Notes under the pieces: generated by a model | Database searches by the model: none | What the model was told of the DNA's origin: nothing | The model's input: only the letters and a program-made list of their open reading frames with translations | Program-made: the position numbers and the translations under genes | NCBI RefSeq assembly: GCF_006345805.1 | Contig: NW_021826257.1 | Location: 1-45,132, forward strand | Reading direction: 5' to 3' | DNA from: Octopus sinensis | Lineage: Eukaryota | DNA length: 45,132 nt | Part shown: positions 10,943 to 23,884 of the stretch, one piece after another | Numbering within the stretch: the first letter of the stretch is position 1 | Layout: the number at the start of each line of letters is the position of its first letter

Positions 10943-11509
10943 AAAGTGTGTGAGAAAGATAAAGAGGGTGAAGTAAAGTGAGGGAAAAATACATATGAAA
11001 ACAAAAAAAGAAAAAGTAAAACTACATATAATAAAATAGTAAAACTAAACAAAAAGTAAACAAAATAATTAAGTGAATGTGGGAGTCAGGAGAGGGATTG
11101 GCAGCCGCCATAGTGTTATTAATTGTAGTCGTGTATCGGAGATGCTGCAGATGGCGATGGTGGTGGTGGTGGCCTAAAGTTTAGTTGTATAGCTTTGACA
11201 TGTGAAAAAAAGTTATTCCGGCCGTGACCATCATGTCGTCCTCTCCCCGCCACCGTTTACATGGAAATGAAGACGACCAAGTTTAGTGCTCCCTCGTATG
11301 GTTGATCCGATGATGGTGATGTTTAGTCCCGAGTGAAGCCCTTTTCCCCCCTTATATGCCATGCAACCTGAAACCGCATGATTGTGACATGAAGTGAAAT
11401 TTGGCCGCTATTTCTAGCAAGTCAAGCATCCTTCTTGAGGCACCTTCGTTGACTCATATGCTGTTGGCGGCGGCGGCGGTAAAGCTGTTAGCATTGATGA
11501 TAATTTCTT

Positions 11510-11511
<2 letters not shown>

Positions 11512-11541
<30 letters not shown>

Positions 11542-11670
11542 TGTAGTTGTAGTAGTAGTAGTAGTAGTACTAGTATTTGTAGTAGTAGTTGTAGTAGTAG
11601 TAGTTGTAGTAGTAGTTGTAGTAGTTGTAGTAGTTGTAGTTGTAGTAGTAGTAGTAGTGATGGTGATAGT
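11512..11670. repeat. (TAG)n/(TTG) trinucleotide microsatellite
   Basis: Direct inspection; source of the poly-Ser ORF 11401-11742. Confidence 0.95.
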
Positions 11671-12298
11671 TGTTATGATGTTATTAGTGGTGAAAGGAGA
11701 ACCGTGGTTGCTGCGGTTGTGGCGATGGTGGCTGGTAATTAATGGTTCTCGCCTATTCTTGTTAGTGGTGGTAATTGTGCCTGTTGTTAGTGGTGGCGAT
11801 GGTTTTCCTGGTGGTGACTACAAAGCCTGTGATGATGGTCGTGTCAGTGGGTACTAGCTACACCAAGTTAGTGACAGCGTTACAAGGGCACAAATATGGC
11901 CGAATGATTTTAACAGTTTCTGGGTTCGAATCTGTCGCAAGGCATCTTGGGCAAGTACTTGCGGGCCGACTCAAACCTTGTAAGTGACTCTTCGTCGGAT
12001 GGATTGTACCTGTTATTTAAATGTAATTAAGTTACATTAAGAGAAGACGCACTGTTTCTGGAAGACCGAGTCACTTTTGGTTGTTCCGTTGATTGAACAC
12101 AACTGAATGCTCATCGTCGTAAAAGACGGAAGATCGATCGGTTAATGTTGCTAGTGGTAAGCTGTATCATTGATATTATTTAGTCCCAAGTCAGCAATAA
12201 TAGATCGGCTTCATGATCAAATAAAGCCATTCCAATTAAGTCCATCGCATTTTTTTTTATTCAAACAGTGTATCCCAGTCCGTGTTATCCAGTTTGCG

Positions 12299-12660
12299 CT
12301 GTGCCGTTACGTTCTGAGTTCAAATTCCGCCGAGGTCGACTTTGCCTTTCATCCTTTCGGGGTCGATTAAATAAGTACCAGTTACGCACTGGGGTCGATA
12401 TAATCGACTTAATATCTATGTCTGGCCTTGTTTGTCCCCTCTATGTTTAACCCCTTGTGGGTAATAAAGAAATAGGTATTTCGTCTGCTGTTACGTTCTG
12501 AGTTCAAATTCCGCCGAGGTCGACTTTGCCTTTCATCCTTTCGGGGTCGATAAATGAAGTGCCAGTTACGCACTGGGGTCGATGTAACCGACTTAAGCCC
12601 TTTGTCTGTCCTTGTTTGTCTCCTCTATGTTTAGCCCGCTGTGGGCAATAAAGAAATAAA
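12299..12660 (+). mobile_element. Two tandem 5'-truncated SINE family B copies
   Basis: CGTTACGTTCTGAGTTCAAATTCCGCCGAGGTCGACTTTGCC-like sequence at ~12305 and ~12490, each running to a (GT/CA)AATAAAGAAATA end. Confidence 0.9.
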
Positions 12661-12984
12661 AAAAATTTTTTTTGAAAGACAGATTTTAATGAAATTTGAC
12701 TGCTGTTTTTAACAAGTTGAAACGATCCCTTCATTTGGCTATGCTGTTGATTGTTACAATCAGTGCTACGTTTTCGTACATCGAATGCACTGCGTAGGTG
12801 GTAGACGGAAGTTATGTCGTTCTTAGTTTTTTTTTTTGTTTTTTTTTTCAAAAGAAATGACGTTGTGTGAGAAGCTTCAGCCAGACATTGAAACAAAGAT
12901 TGTAGAGTCATACAACCGGAAGCTTTATCTTTTCTAAAAGTGAACTTGCCTTCGTCGGTCTAAGGATTTTTCACATTGGTACAC

Positions 12985-13217
12985 TATTTCTTTACTACCC
13001 ACAAGGGGCTAAACATAGAGGGGACAAACAAGTAGAGACAAACGGTTTTAGTCGATTATATCGACCCCAGTGATTTACTGGTACTTATTTAATCGACCCC
13101 GAAAGGATGAAAGGCAAAGTCGACCACGGCGGAATTTGAACTCAGAACGTAACGGCAGACAAAATACCACAAAGCATTTCGCCCGGCGTACTAACGTTTC
13201 TGCCAGCTCGCCGCCTT
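12985..13217 (-). mobile_element. Full-length SINE family B
   Basis: Complete colinear match to 38234-38470 in reverse complement. Confidence 0.9.
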
Positions 13218-13307
13218 AGCAGTAAATACTAATAATAATATATAAAATATTAATTGTGTTTGTGTGTATATATATATATATATATTATAATAATATATAT
13301 AATATAT

Positions 13308-13360
<53 letters not shown>

Positions 13361-13864
13361 AATATAAATATATATATATTCGATACCGTCGACTGGGGCT
13401 CTATTCCTCGAGCCTGAGAGAATAAAAGACAGGATTTGATCTCAACGTAAAGGGCCGGAACATATATAGTAAAGCGGTTTTTTTTTGTTTTTTTGTTCCT
13501 GAGCACTAACGAATCTACTAATACAAAATTGCTAATTTTATTTTAACTTTAACAGTCTTGAGGGTAGGGGTTAGTTGATGCTGCCGATTCTAGTACTTGA
13601 ATGATACTTGATTTTATCGATTCCGTTGGATGCAAGACAAAGTTGTTCTCTGCAGGACTTGAATTCATAAAAATAACGGGAGTTAATACCATAAAATAGT
13701 TTGTCCGACGCACTTGCGATTCTGCTACTGCATCATCCTAATGTTGCTGATGCTGATGATGGTTAGGATAATACTAAACTACTTGGTTAAGTTTGATAGT
13801 GATTTATTGTTACAAACTTAAGGGGTTCGTTTAATTAAATCGACTTTTAATACAGTGTTTTAAT

Positions 13865-14481
13865 TACTATTCTTTGAAGAATTACAGACCCGACCGTTCT
13901 TAAACGGTTCCAGTGGGGTTCTTCATTTTACTGTGGTTTGCCACCTTCACTTTAGTACAGCATACCAACTACTTAGACGTAAGTTGGTTAAATAAGGAAA
14001 TGGTGCTATTGCAATTATTTCTGTCTTTGCCAAAAATCAGATTTTTCACATTGGTGTTACAACTGTCGCTGACTTTCAAGGAGTATATGTGTAGTATAGT
14101 TGACCAATTGGAAATCGCCTCTTTATTTGACTTAAGAAAGCCTTGGCAATATTCGTATGCCACGTGCATGCTGTTAGTATTATCAATCCAGATGATGTCA
14201 CGATTACGAGATTTTGATGGCTCTACGAGTTGTTACGAGAGGAAATGTATTGCAGTTTTTCATCGAAACCATCTTTTAAAGACATTGTTGTAGAGAGATA
14301 CAAGTTAACAATATCATTTACAGACAAAAACTTTAGAAATGCAAAGGCTAATGTTATTCGCTAAATTCTTTATAATTGCTGGAAGGAAATTGGGGGACTT
14401 TTTAGCAGTTTTTTTTTTATTTGGTTTCCTATCTAGGTGATGTAAACACGTGTTTAAGTCAAGCGTAATGTCTTCAAAATT
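13865..14481 (-). mobile_element. Decayed Penelope-like element (PLE) fragment: RT C-terminus, linker and start of GIY-YIG endonuclease
   Basis: Minus-strand translation across frameshifts and stops gives NFEDITLDLNT..RKPN, PAIIKNLANNIS, YNNVFK/GFDEKLQYI, SKSRNRDIIW..SMHVA..GFLK..LKVSDSCNTNVKNLI, and NQLTSK*LVCCTKV. These match recalled PLE motifs in the correct order (NFLDVTLDL..RKPN; HPPxIIKNL; KRKRNIIWFNPPxS; KVSYSCxxN; CLxxxxVY). Confidence 0.8.
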
Positions 14482-14489
14482 AAGTACTT

Positions 14490-14650
14490 GGTGCTGGTAA
14501 TAACTGGTACATATTTAATCGATCCCGAAAGGATGAAAGGCAAAGTCGACCTCGACGGAATTTGAACTCAGAACGTAGCGGCAGATGAAATACCGCTAGG
14601 CATTTTGCCCGGCGTGCTAACGTTTCTGCCAGCTCGCCACTATAATAATG

Positions 14651-14711
<61 letters not shown>

Positions 14712-14990
14712 TGATGATGATGATGGATGATGATGACGATGATGATGATAAATAATATAATAATAATAATAATAATAATAGTTATCTTTCCTATTATAGG
14801 CAGGAGGTCTGTAATTTGTCGGGAAGGGGATAGTCGATTGCATCGAACCCAGTACTCCACTGGTACTTAATTTATCGACCCGAAAGGATGAAAGGCAAAG
14901 TTGGCCTCGACGGAATTTGAACTCAGAACGTAGTGAAGGGCAAAATACCGCTAAGCACTACGCCCTACGTGCTAACGATTTTGCCAGCTC
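14490..14990 (-). mobile_element. Two partial SINE family B copies separated by (TAA)n/(TGA)n
   Basis: GAAAGGATGAAAGGCAAAGT...GAACTCAGAACGT at ~14527 and ~14882. Confidence 0.85.
14640..14782. repeat. (TAA)n/(TGA)n microsatellite
   Basis: Direct inspection. Confidence 0.95.
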
Positions 14991-15123
14991 ATGATAATAA
15001 TAATAATAATAATTATCACAATAAATTTTTTATTAGCTCTCTGAATATAACTAAATATTGAGTTGTTTCTCCTTACGTTTGATATATATACATCCATTTA
15101 TATGTGTGTGTGTTTGCGCGCGC

Positions 15124-15129
<6 letters not shown>

Positions 15130-15167
<38 letters not shown>

Positions 15168-15188
15168 GTATGTGTATACATATATTTG

Positions 15189-15223
<35 letters not shown>

Positions 15224-15256
15224 GCATATATATACATATATATATATATATATTTG

Positions 15257-15297
<41 letters not shown>

Positions 15298-15330
15298 GCA
15301 TATATATACATATATATATATATATATTTG

Positions 15331-15371
<41 letters not shown>

Positions 15372-15372
15372 T
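15130..15372. repeat. Compound minisatellite, ~50-60-bp unit of (TA)n-TGCATA-(TA)n-TTTG-(CA)n, about 4 copies
   Basis: Direct inspection. Confidence 0.85.
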
Positions 15373-15379
15373 CTCCCAT

Positions 15380-15545
15380 ACACGACTGGTTTCTTTCAGT
15401 TTCCGTATACCAAATCTACTTATAATGCTTTGGTCGGCCTTAGGCTATTATTGAAGACACCTACACAAGGTGTCACTGCTGTAAGGTTGAACCCGGAATC
15501 ATGTAGTTGTGAAGCAGAATTCATACCACACGGCCACACCTGGTA
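15380..15545 (-). mobile_element. SINE family A 5' half
   Basis: Reverse complement of the family A head and body (CTTCTTTCAGTTTCCG...GAACCCGGAATCATGT). Confidence 0.75.
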
Positions 15546-15618
15546 TGGATGTGTGTGTGAATATATATATATATATATATATATACACACGCACACTCAT
15601 ACATGTATAGGCTATATA

Positions 15619-15676
<58 letters not shown>

Positions 15677-15816
15677 CAATTGTCGTTTTTACTGAGATCT
15701 CCCTTTTAGTAGAGAAAATAGCTATTAACCCTTTGACTGCTATTTCTAAATTCGGTATGTGGGTAAGGCAATTCGTTGCTAAACCCTTATTGCTTAGTAT
15801 ATATATATATATTATC

Positions 15817-15850
<34 letters not shown>

Positions 15851-16308
15851 TATGCACATACATACATACATACATACATACATACATACATACATACATA
15901 CATAAATACATATATGCATGCATACATATCCCTATTGATTCCGAAGAGAGTATGATGAACGCAACGAATGGTTATCTGAGAATCTCCCGACTTTCACCAT
16001 GAGGACGATAACTTCAGTCACTCGCAGAAAGCATCTACAGCTATAACTGCGTGGCTTAGTAGTTCATTGTGGAAACACGTGAGTACGGGTTCAATCCGCC
16101 TGGTCGGGCTGGATTCAACCCGAACTAATGCCTTGTGGAAATTGGAAGAACAATGCATACATACATACATACATACATACATACGCACACACATACATAC
16201 ATACATACATACATACATACATACATACATACATACATACGCACACACATACATACATACACAAACATATGTATATATAATATATATATATATATATATA
16301 CATATATA

Positions 16309-16711
16309 GGCGTTGGAGTGGCTGTGTGGTATGTAGCTTGCTTACGACACCACATGGTTCCGGGTTCAGTCCTACTACGTGGCACCTTGGGCAAGTGTCC
16401 TCTACTATAGCGTCGGGCCGACCAAAGCCTTGTGAGTGGATTTGTTTGACGGAAACTGAAAGAAGCCCGTCTTATATATGTATATGTATGTGTGTGTGTA
16501 TATGTTTGTGTGTCTGTGTTTGTCCCCCCAACATCGCTTGACAACCGATGATGGTGTGTTTATGTCCCTGTAACTTAGCGATTCAGCAAATCAGACTGAT
16601 AGAATAAGTACTAGACTTACAAAGAATAAGTCCCGAGGTCGATTTGCTCGACTAAAAGGCGGTGCTCCAGCATGGCCACAGTCAAATGACTGAATCGAAA
16701 AATAAAAGAGT
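16309..16711 (+). mobile_element. Full-length SINE family A inserted in (TA)n
   Basis: Near-identical to 8495-8930. Confidence 0.9.
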
Positions 16712-16776
16712 ATATATAACTCGAATTTATTACGGTCAAAGTACTATGGAATGGCCAGCATTTGCGCCTTGTCATT

Positions 16777-16833
<57 letters not shown>

Positions 16834-17089
16834 GTAGCTAAAAGTGTGTGTGTGTGTGTGTGTGTATATGAAAGTATGTAGTCTTACGAAGAAAATGTTT
16901 ATTGTGGATTGTCTCGGTAAAGGTTTCCATCGGTTTTAAAGTAAAATATTATCAATTCAACGTGTTGCTGGTGCTTATGCTGATGATAATGATGATGATG
17001 ATGGTTTTAATTTTTTTGTTTTTTTTCATTTTCCATGTTCTCGTTTCATTATTTGACTGTATTTTATTTTTTTCTATACGGAAGAATTA

Positions 17090-18025
17090 ATGAAAGTGAG
17101 GCTCAGAAAGTGGGAGGAGTGAGAGTCTACAGAGCAGAAGTAGGAGGAGTAGGAGAAAGAGATGTACTGTGTTGTGGAAGATGACAAGTCTAAGGGAAAG
17201 AAAGACTCAAAGACAAGAAGCAAGAAACATCAACAACAACAAGCCGGAGTAGGAGGTGGAGGAGTAGTAGTAGTAGAAGGAGGAAGTCTGTGACAGTGAG
17301 AGAGAGAGAGAAAGAGAGGGAGAGTGGGAGGTGTTGCTGTAGTTCTGTGGCGTGTCGGCGGGCGACACAGGCACAAATAACAAGAGTGGTACCCCCTTTC
17401 AGATGGGAGCGCTGACAAACGGTTACTAATTTCCATACGCAGACACACACATACAAACATACACACACACACACATATATATATGCACACACACAGACAT
17501 ATATATATACATACATATATTATATATACAGACATGAACACACACTTATATATCATCTGTATTCATGCATATATCTATCTGCACACATATATACACCAAG
17601 AAAGAGCATTAACTAAATAGATTCTTAAAACAGAAAAAAAACCCGTCGCTCTACATATACACACACATTCATACATTCATACAGACACATATAAGCCATC
17701 ATACACACACACACACAAAATTAACAACAAAATGATACAAAAGAAAAAATAAAATTCAGCAGTTCCTCCGTCGTCGCCGCCATTGCTAGTATTGCTACAC
17801 AGCTACGACTACTGCTGCTGTTACTGCTGCTGCTGCTACTAATACTACAGCAAATTATCAACAACACCACCACCACCACCACTACAACCAGAACCAGCAG
17901 CTTTACAACTACTACTACTACAACTATTACAACAAGTCCAACACGCTCCAACGGCTGGTTGGTTGACGAGCGGTCCCGCTGTCAACAGAACTTTAAAAAA
18001 AAAAGAAAAAAACAAAAAAAAAAAC
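17090..18025 (+). promoter_or_regulatory. Putative promoter / 5' UTR of the gene starting at 18026
   Basis: Lies directly upstream of the ATG and is free of SINEs. Contains purine-rich tracts, a GC-richer patch (17345-17440), trinucleotide runs (CTG/CTA/ACC/ACT), a hairpin at 17962-17986 and an A-rich tract at 17995-18024. TSS cannot be located from sequence. Confidence 0.4.
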
Positions 18026-18098
18026 ATGGATCTAAGTACGGCGTATCGTTACCATAATACCAATATTAATATGATGGACTTTTATCACTCTTGTAAAA
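18026..18098 (+). CDS. Pax2/5/8: First coding exon (24 codons + 1 nt, phase-1 intron follows) of a probable Pax2/5/8-family transcription factor: MDLSTAYRYHNTNINMMDFYHSCK
   Basis: Seen: ATG at 18026 in AAAC-ATG-G context, the first in-frame ATG after an in-frame TAA (17840-17842); non-repetitive peptide; strong donor AAAA|GTAAGT at 18099. Recalled, not searched: MMDFYHSCK resembles the pre-paired-domain N-terminus of Pax2/5/8 (cf. vertebrate PAX2 MDMHCK), which is also followed by a phase-1 intron. The exon call is firmer than the gene identity. Confidence 0.6.
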
Positions 18099-18617
18099 GT
18101 AAGTAAATATGACCAAAACAACAAACAAAGAAAATACAATATAGATACACCACATATAAATGTTATTATTATTATAAACATACCTTATAAGAATAGGTAT
18201 ATATACATATACACATACATGTATGTATGTGTATATGTAACATAAAATTAAGGGCTAAAGTTAAATTTCTGAAAACATGTCTAATTAATGATGTTGATTA
18301 CTTTTAGGGTATGATCGTTAGAGAATATATATATTTATATATAAACATAATCTAAACTTGTATAGATATTTATATTTTACTCCTAAATATAGCATATCTA
18401 TAAATTTAAACTTAGATATATTTACATCAAATTATAACATCTTTTTTTAAGAAAATTGTATTTATATTATCATGTATGTCTAAACAGTTATGGTCTGTCC
18501 ATTTTATGTACTACGTAAATGAATGTTAGTGTGTAGTGTGAGTATATAATATATATATATATATATATATAATATGATATATATATATATATGTAATATA
18601 TATATATAATATATATA

Positions 18618-18697
<80 letters not shown>

Positions 18698-19152
18698 GCA
18701 CATCTGTGATGTATGTATATATAACGATTACGTTCTGAAACCTATGTCCTAGTACGTAAAATAAGTTTATGTATACAAATGTATGTATGTATATATGTCT
18801 GTACATATAAATGTATATATTTATATATAAATGTATTTGTGTGTGTTTGTTTCCGATGTGTGCTATCCATGGTTCTAGAAACATATTTAGCTCGCTTGTA
18901 GATATGCTTCATTGCGGGATATACGTATTTACCGTTGTTATGTTGTATAATACGCACGTATGTATATATATATATACATATATATATGTATGTGTGTGTG
19001 TGTAATGGAGGATTCATGATAAGTTAATGCAATACATACTGTGTCTGGTATACAAGTTATCTCGTCGATAAACATACTCCGTTTATATTATCATCGAATA
19101 TCAGAATACAAGCGTGTGTAAGTGTGCAGATCTCGATCTCTTTCTCTGTATT

Positions 19153-19203
<51 letters not shown>

Positions 19204-22200
19204 AAAACACGTGTGTATTTGTGTTGAAAGGCATATAAAATTTTTTTCTTCTACATTAAACGAGTATGCATGTCTAACATAAGTCTGATATCCGCATAAA
19301 CACACCCACGTAATAATCAGACATGCCAATATATGTACATGTATATATATATATATACACACCTCCAGGTTGCGATATATAACGTTCGCATATTGTTATT
19401 TGATAGAAATCTAGAATTACTTTCAATTCACGCTTAATCGACTTCGAAATATAACGTACATATTAGATAATGTTGTCCAAGAGGATTCTAGTTACATCGG
19501 CATGGTCACGGTCGAGTTGGCTTTCATCACAGGCTTAATCAGCATTAACCTAGAGCTGATCAACAACAACGTGTATATATATATACATAAATGTGTATGT
19601 AAATAGATACGCGTGCACGCACTTGCATGCATCGGAATAATGTACAGTATAAACTGTATCGGGCTACAGTAAATCTCTCAGAAAAAGTGTGCGAAAATTA
19701 CGCATGTTTAACTGTATTTTAAAAGCGTGTATATAGGTGTTTGATTCAACATATTTAGTGTAGCTGCGTATATATAGCGTGTAGGTATGACTAGCTTATG
19801 TTATTTTGTTGCTATGCACGGAAATTAAACAAATTATGTTTCGTACATAACTCTGGATACATACGTAGAATGCTATGGGTTATGTACCAGTAAGGTATAT
19901 GTATATATGTATATACGCGTGTTTGTGTGTATGCTTGTATTGCGTTGATGGTTAGTAATCCCAGGGAAACATGCATACTTCGTATGTTTCATTTAAAAAT
20001 ATTTGCGGTAGGTAGTAACCTAAGTATGTATACAATTTAGTCAGGTATGTATATTCACGTATGTATGTATATTAAGTAGTTTTGTAGGACATGTGTGGGA
20101 GGTCTATCAGCTGTATCTCGCGGTGCACATGTATGTTATGGTCTTGCTATGGATATAAACATATATATATATGTATATACATATATATACTCACGTATGT
20201 ATATTACAAAAGAAAATAAAATAGTATATACGCGCTATGTTTAGCTTTGATTCTCTTTTAAAACTCGGTCCATCAAGTGTATACGTAGCTATGTCTATAT
20301 ATGTATGGATGTATGGCTCAGGGTGGTGTACCTGTATGGTTGTGTATACAGATATGTACGTGCTGTTTGCAGTGTGTAGATTATGCATAATCAATGTAAT
20401 TGTAATTGTATTCCTCAGCAGACGATCTCAAATGAAAGCGCGAACGCGCATACATGAAAGCGTTTTGTAATCGACCACTTAAGTATAAAGTTTATGCATA
20501 TTCTGTGTATGTTTTATATGATATACACTCATATATCTCTTTGTGTATGCTATTTCTGCACACACACACAAATAGTTCTGTGTCTGTATATATATGTATA
20601 ATTGAAATCATGTAACATACAATCCAATTAACTATGAATGGGGCAGTAGGTATTCGATGTACCCACACACCGTAGCATGTATACCGTGCATTCATTCCCC
20701 CAAATGTATGGACACTAAGCATACTCACACATCAATAGTATATGTGTGTGTATATACACGTATATGGTAGTCCAGGAAGGACTAGGATACGACTGGCACT
20801 AAAGAAATAGTCTTTGTATGTATGTAATATATATATAGATAGATATATATATTAGACACAGACACACTTGATCAAGAGGAATATCTGAAATATAGATGAA
20901 TCGAGAGGGTCGAACTCCCGGCACTTAGCTAGTTTTATCTTTAAACGAACAACGAACCAAAAATGTTGACCTAGGTAGGATTTGAACTCAGAACATAAGG
21001 AGCTGGAAGATATACCCACCATCTCAAACGATTCTGAATGTAATTATCAATGTATTAGGTGGGGGTGGGATTTATAAATGTGTGTGGTTGTGTGTATGAA
21101 TATCTATACGCGTGTGTGCATTGCTTGCAGCTAGTTTACTTGCGGGTGTGCAAGTGAATTTAAACATAAGCAAGAGAGCCACGCGATATGTTTGTGAAGT
21201 TAACCATCAACGCGGGTACGGAACACTCAAATGCTTGCAGAGAAATATCTAAATTCCTATAACACTAAATCAAAATTTGACTACAGACACGGATATATAT
21301 TTAAGTATATACGTCACACACGACAGTATCAAATATACATTTTAAACGGCAAACGAAATACACATACACTGGCATATGCGTACCATCGTGTAGACAGATA
21401 TACGCAGAAATGTGTGTGTGTGTAATTCTATTAAACACACCGATGTATATATTTGACTAACGTTAACTGCACGGAAAACTTTAAGTCTGGGTGGAATCAT
21501 CGGATTCATTAGGATATAATTTATACTACATACGTATTGGAATAGATGTGAAACAATACTAAAATATACGTATATTTGTTTTCACACACACACACATATA
21601 TATACATATATACATGGACACTGTATCCTCTACTCACCAAAGGCCGCTTGTGAAGTTGTTAAAGAACAGATAGATAGGTAGTTAAAATTGTTAGAAAATG
21701 CTTGCATAAATTCATATATGTATATATACACACTAATTATTCATGTCACCGCTGTCATGTGCTACTTGTAGATTTAGTTTTTATCCTTACTCCATCTTCT
21801 ACCAATTGGGCATCGATCTTGTTATATAGACCACAAACTCATCCACGCACATGCATTTTACATACATACATAGGGATACACACGGGAACTGTAAATTTAA
21901 ACATACATCTCTAAAAATTTTTTTTATATACGAACATATGTATACAAACGTATGAGTACCTACAAAGTTGATTCCACGGTCAATTCGCTCGACCTGGTAA
22001 AGATAGCAGCCAAATTGCATTCAAAATCAAGCGCAACTCTCCGAAGAAAGCAAAGGATACATATATTAAATGATGCAGTTTTTAGATAACCCTTTAAAAA
22101 TAAATATATGAAGTTTCCTTGGAGGACTCACTATGATCGAAGGTTTCTGACTCGGGGTTAAACTAGAAAAAAACTATATTTCCCCCGCTCTGATTGCACG

Positions 22201-22440
22201 CGCACACATACCACACGCACATGCAACAACAACAACAACATATTTGTAAGTATATACACACATATATGTATTTTCTGAGCTATATAAATACGTGTGTGTG
22301 TGAACAGATTTATTGTTATTACATATTCCCCACATACGACGATATACACGCCTCGTGTTTATTTCTCTGCGGGTTTATAAGTGGGTGTAAAGTTAGTACT
22401 TAAAATATCGTTATACACACACCATGTGTATGTGTGTGCG

Positions 22441-22474
<34 letters not shown>

Positions 22475-22564
22475 AGTGTGTTCTCTTCCTTTACATGCAT
22501 ATATACATATGTCTATATATAAAATCTCTGTATTTATACAAATATACGCAAATGTACATGAATA

Positions 22565-23258
22565 TGTGTGTATACACACACACACACATATATATATAAT
22601 ATTATGTTATTTATGTACATATATATGTATATATATACATATATATATGTATATATATACATATATATATGTTATTATATACATATATATATATATATAC
22701 ATACATATGTAGGTATATATATGTATATATATATACATATATTATTACATACATATGTTAGGTATATATATGTATATATATATACATATATATACATACA
22801 TATGTAGTATATATATTATATATATATACATATATATATACTACATATGTAGGTATATATATGTATATATATATATACATATATATATACATACACATGT
22901 AGGTATGTATATGTATATATATACATATATATATACATACACATGTAGGTATATGTATATATATATATATATATATACATACACATGTAGGTATATATAT
23001 ATATGTACATATATATGTATATATATACACATACACATGTAGATATATATATACATATATATGTATATATATACACATACACATGTAGATATATATCATA
23101 TATATATATATATATATATCCCTATATACACACATGTATATATGTGTAAAAATGCATATGTGTATATATCAGCATGAACGTTTGTATGTAGATACATGGC
23201 TATATACACATGAATATATATGTACAGATACATAAGTATAGATATATATTTGTGATAT

Positions 23259-23315
<57 letters not shown>

Positions 23316-23330
23316 TATATATATAATGTA
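22565..23330. repeat. Compound TA-rich minisatellite (unit ~TATATACATACACATGTAGGTA)
   Basis: Direct inspection. Confidence 0.9.
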
Positions 23331-23749
23331 TAAACACAGACAAATATGTATATCAGCAACTGGATACTGTATGTATAAGATGCTCCAAGACACCTAAATT
23401 ATCTCTGAATTCAAGTTCAGGAGAACACTAAGGGGAGGTTGGGGGTGAAAGTAGAAATTCAAAGAAAGTAACTAAAAATAAAATATAATAAAAACACCGA
23501 CAAAGCCAATATAGATTCCACGAAAGAATTACTGAAGCTTGTGGCGCTTCTCCAACAAACCAAACCAAACTATAATGAGGAAAAATACCATTTTTTTTTT
23601 CTTGAATTTATCAGTTTATCTGATACAACATGAACACTAATACATATTATACACAAGTTTTTACATTTATGCACCTATATATATATATATATATGAACAA
23701 ACATACATATATATATGAACAAACATATTTATGTATATATATATATATA

Positions 23750-23884
23750 TTTCTTTACTACCCACAAGGGGCTAAACACAGAGGGGACAAACAAGGACAG
23801 ACAAAGCGATTAATTCGATTCCATCGACCCCAATGCGTAACTGGTACTTAATTTATCGACCCCGAAAGGATGAAAGGCAAAGTC
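23750..23884 (-). mobile_element. 5'-truncated SINE family B with ~29-bp TSD-like flanks
   Basis: ATGAACAAACATAT(T/A)TATGTATATATATA at 23715-23743 and 23885-23913, one mismatch. Confidence 0.85.

Noticed and set aside
13913-14293. 126-aa hydrophobic + strand ORF resembling a membrane protein
   Set aside because: Antisense to the Penelope-like fragment, whose motifs explain the region.
17163-17294. Short + strand ORF MYCVVEDDKSKGKKDSKTRSKKHQQQQAGVGGGGVVVVEGGSL
   Set aside because: Arises from purine-rich low-complexity sequence with no splice support; at most a uORF.
17721-18027. Minus-strand terminal exon reading (T-rich tract, GACAG acceptor, frames RDRSSTNQPL.., GTARQPTSRWSVLDLL*, GPLVNQPAVGACWTCC..)
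   Set aside because: The apparent pyrimidine tract is the complement of the A-rich leader of the + strand ATG, which has better combined evidence. An antisense transcript is not excluded.
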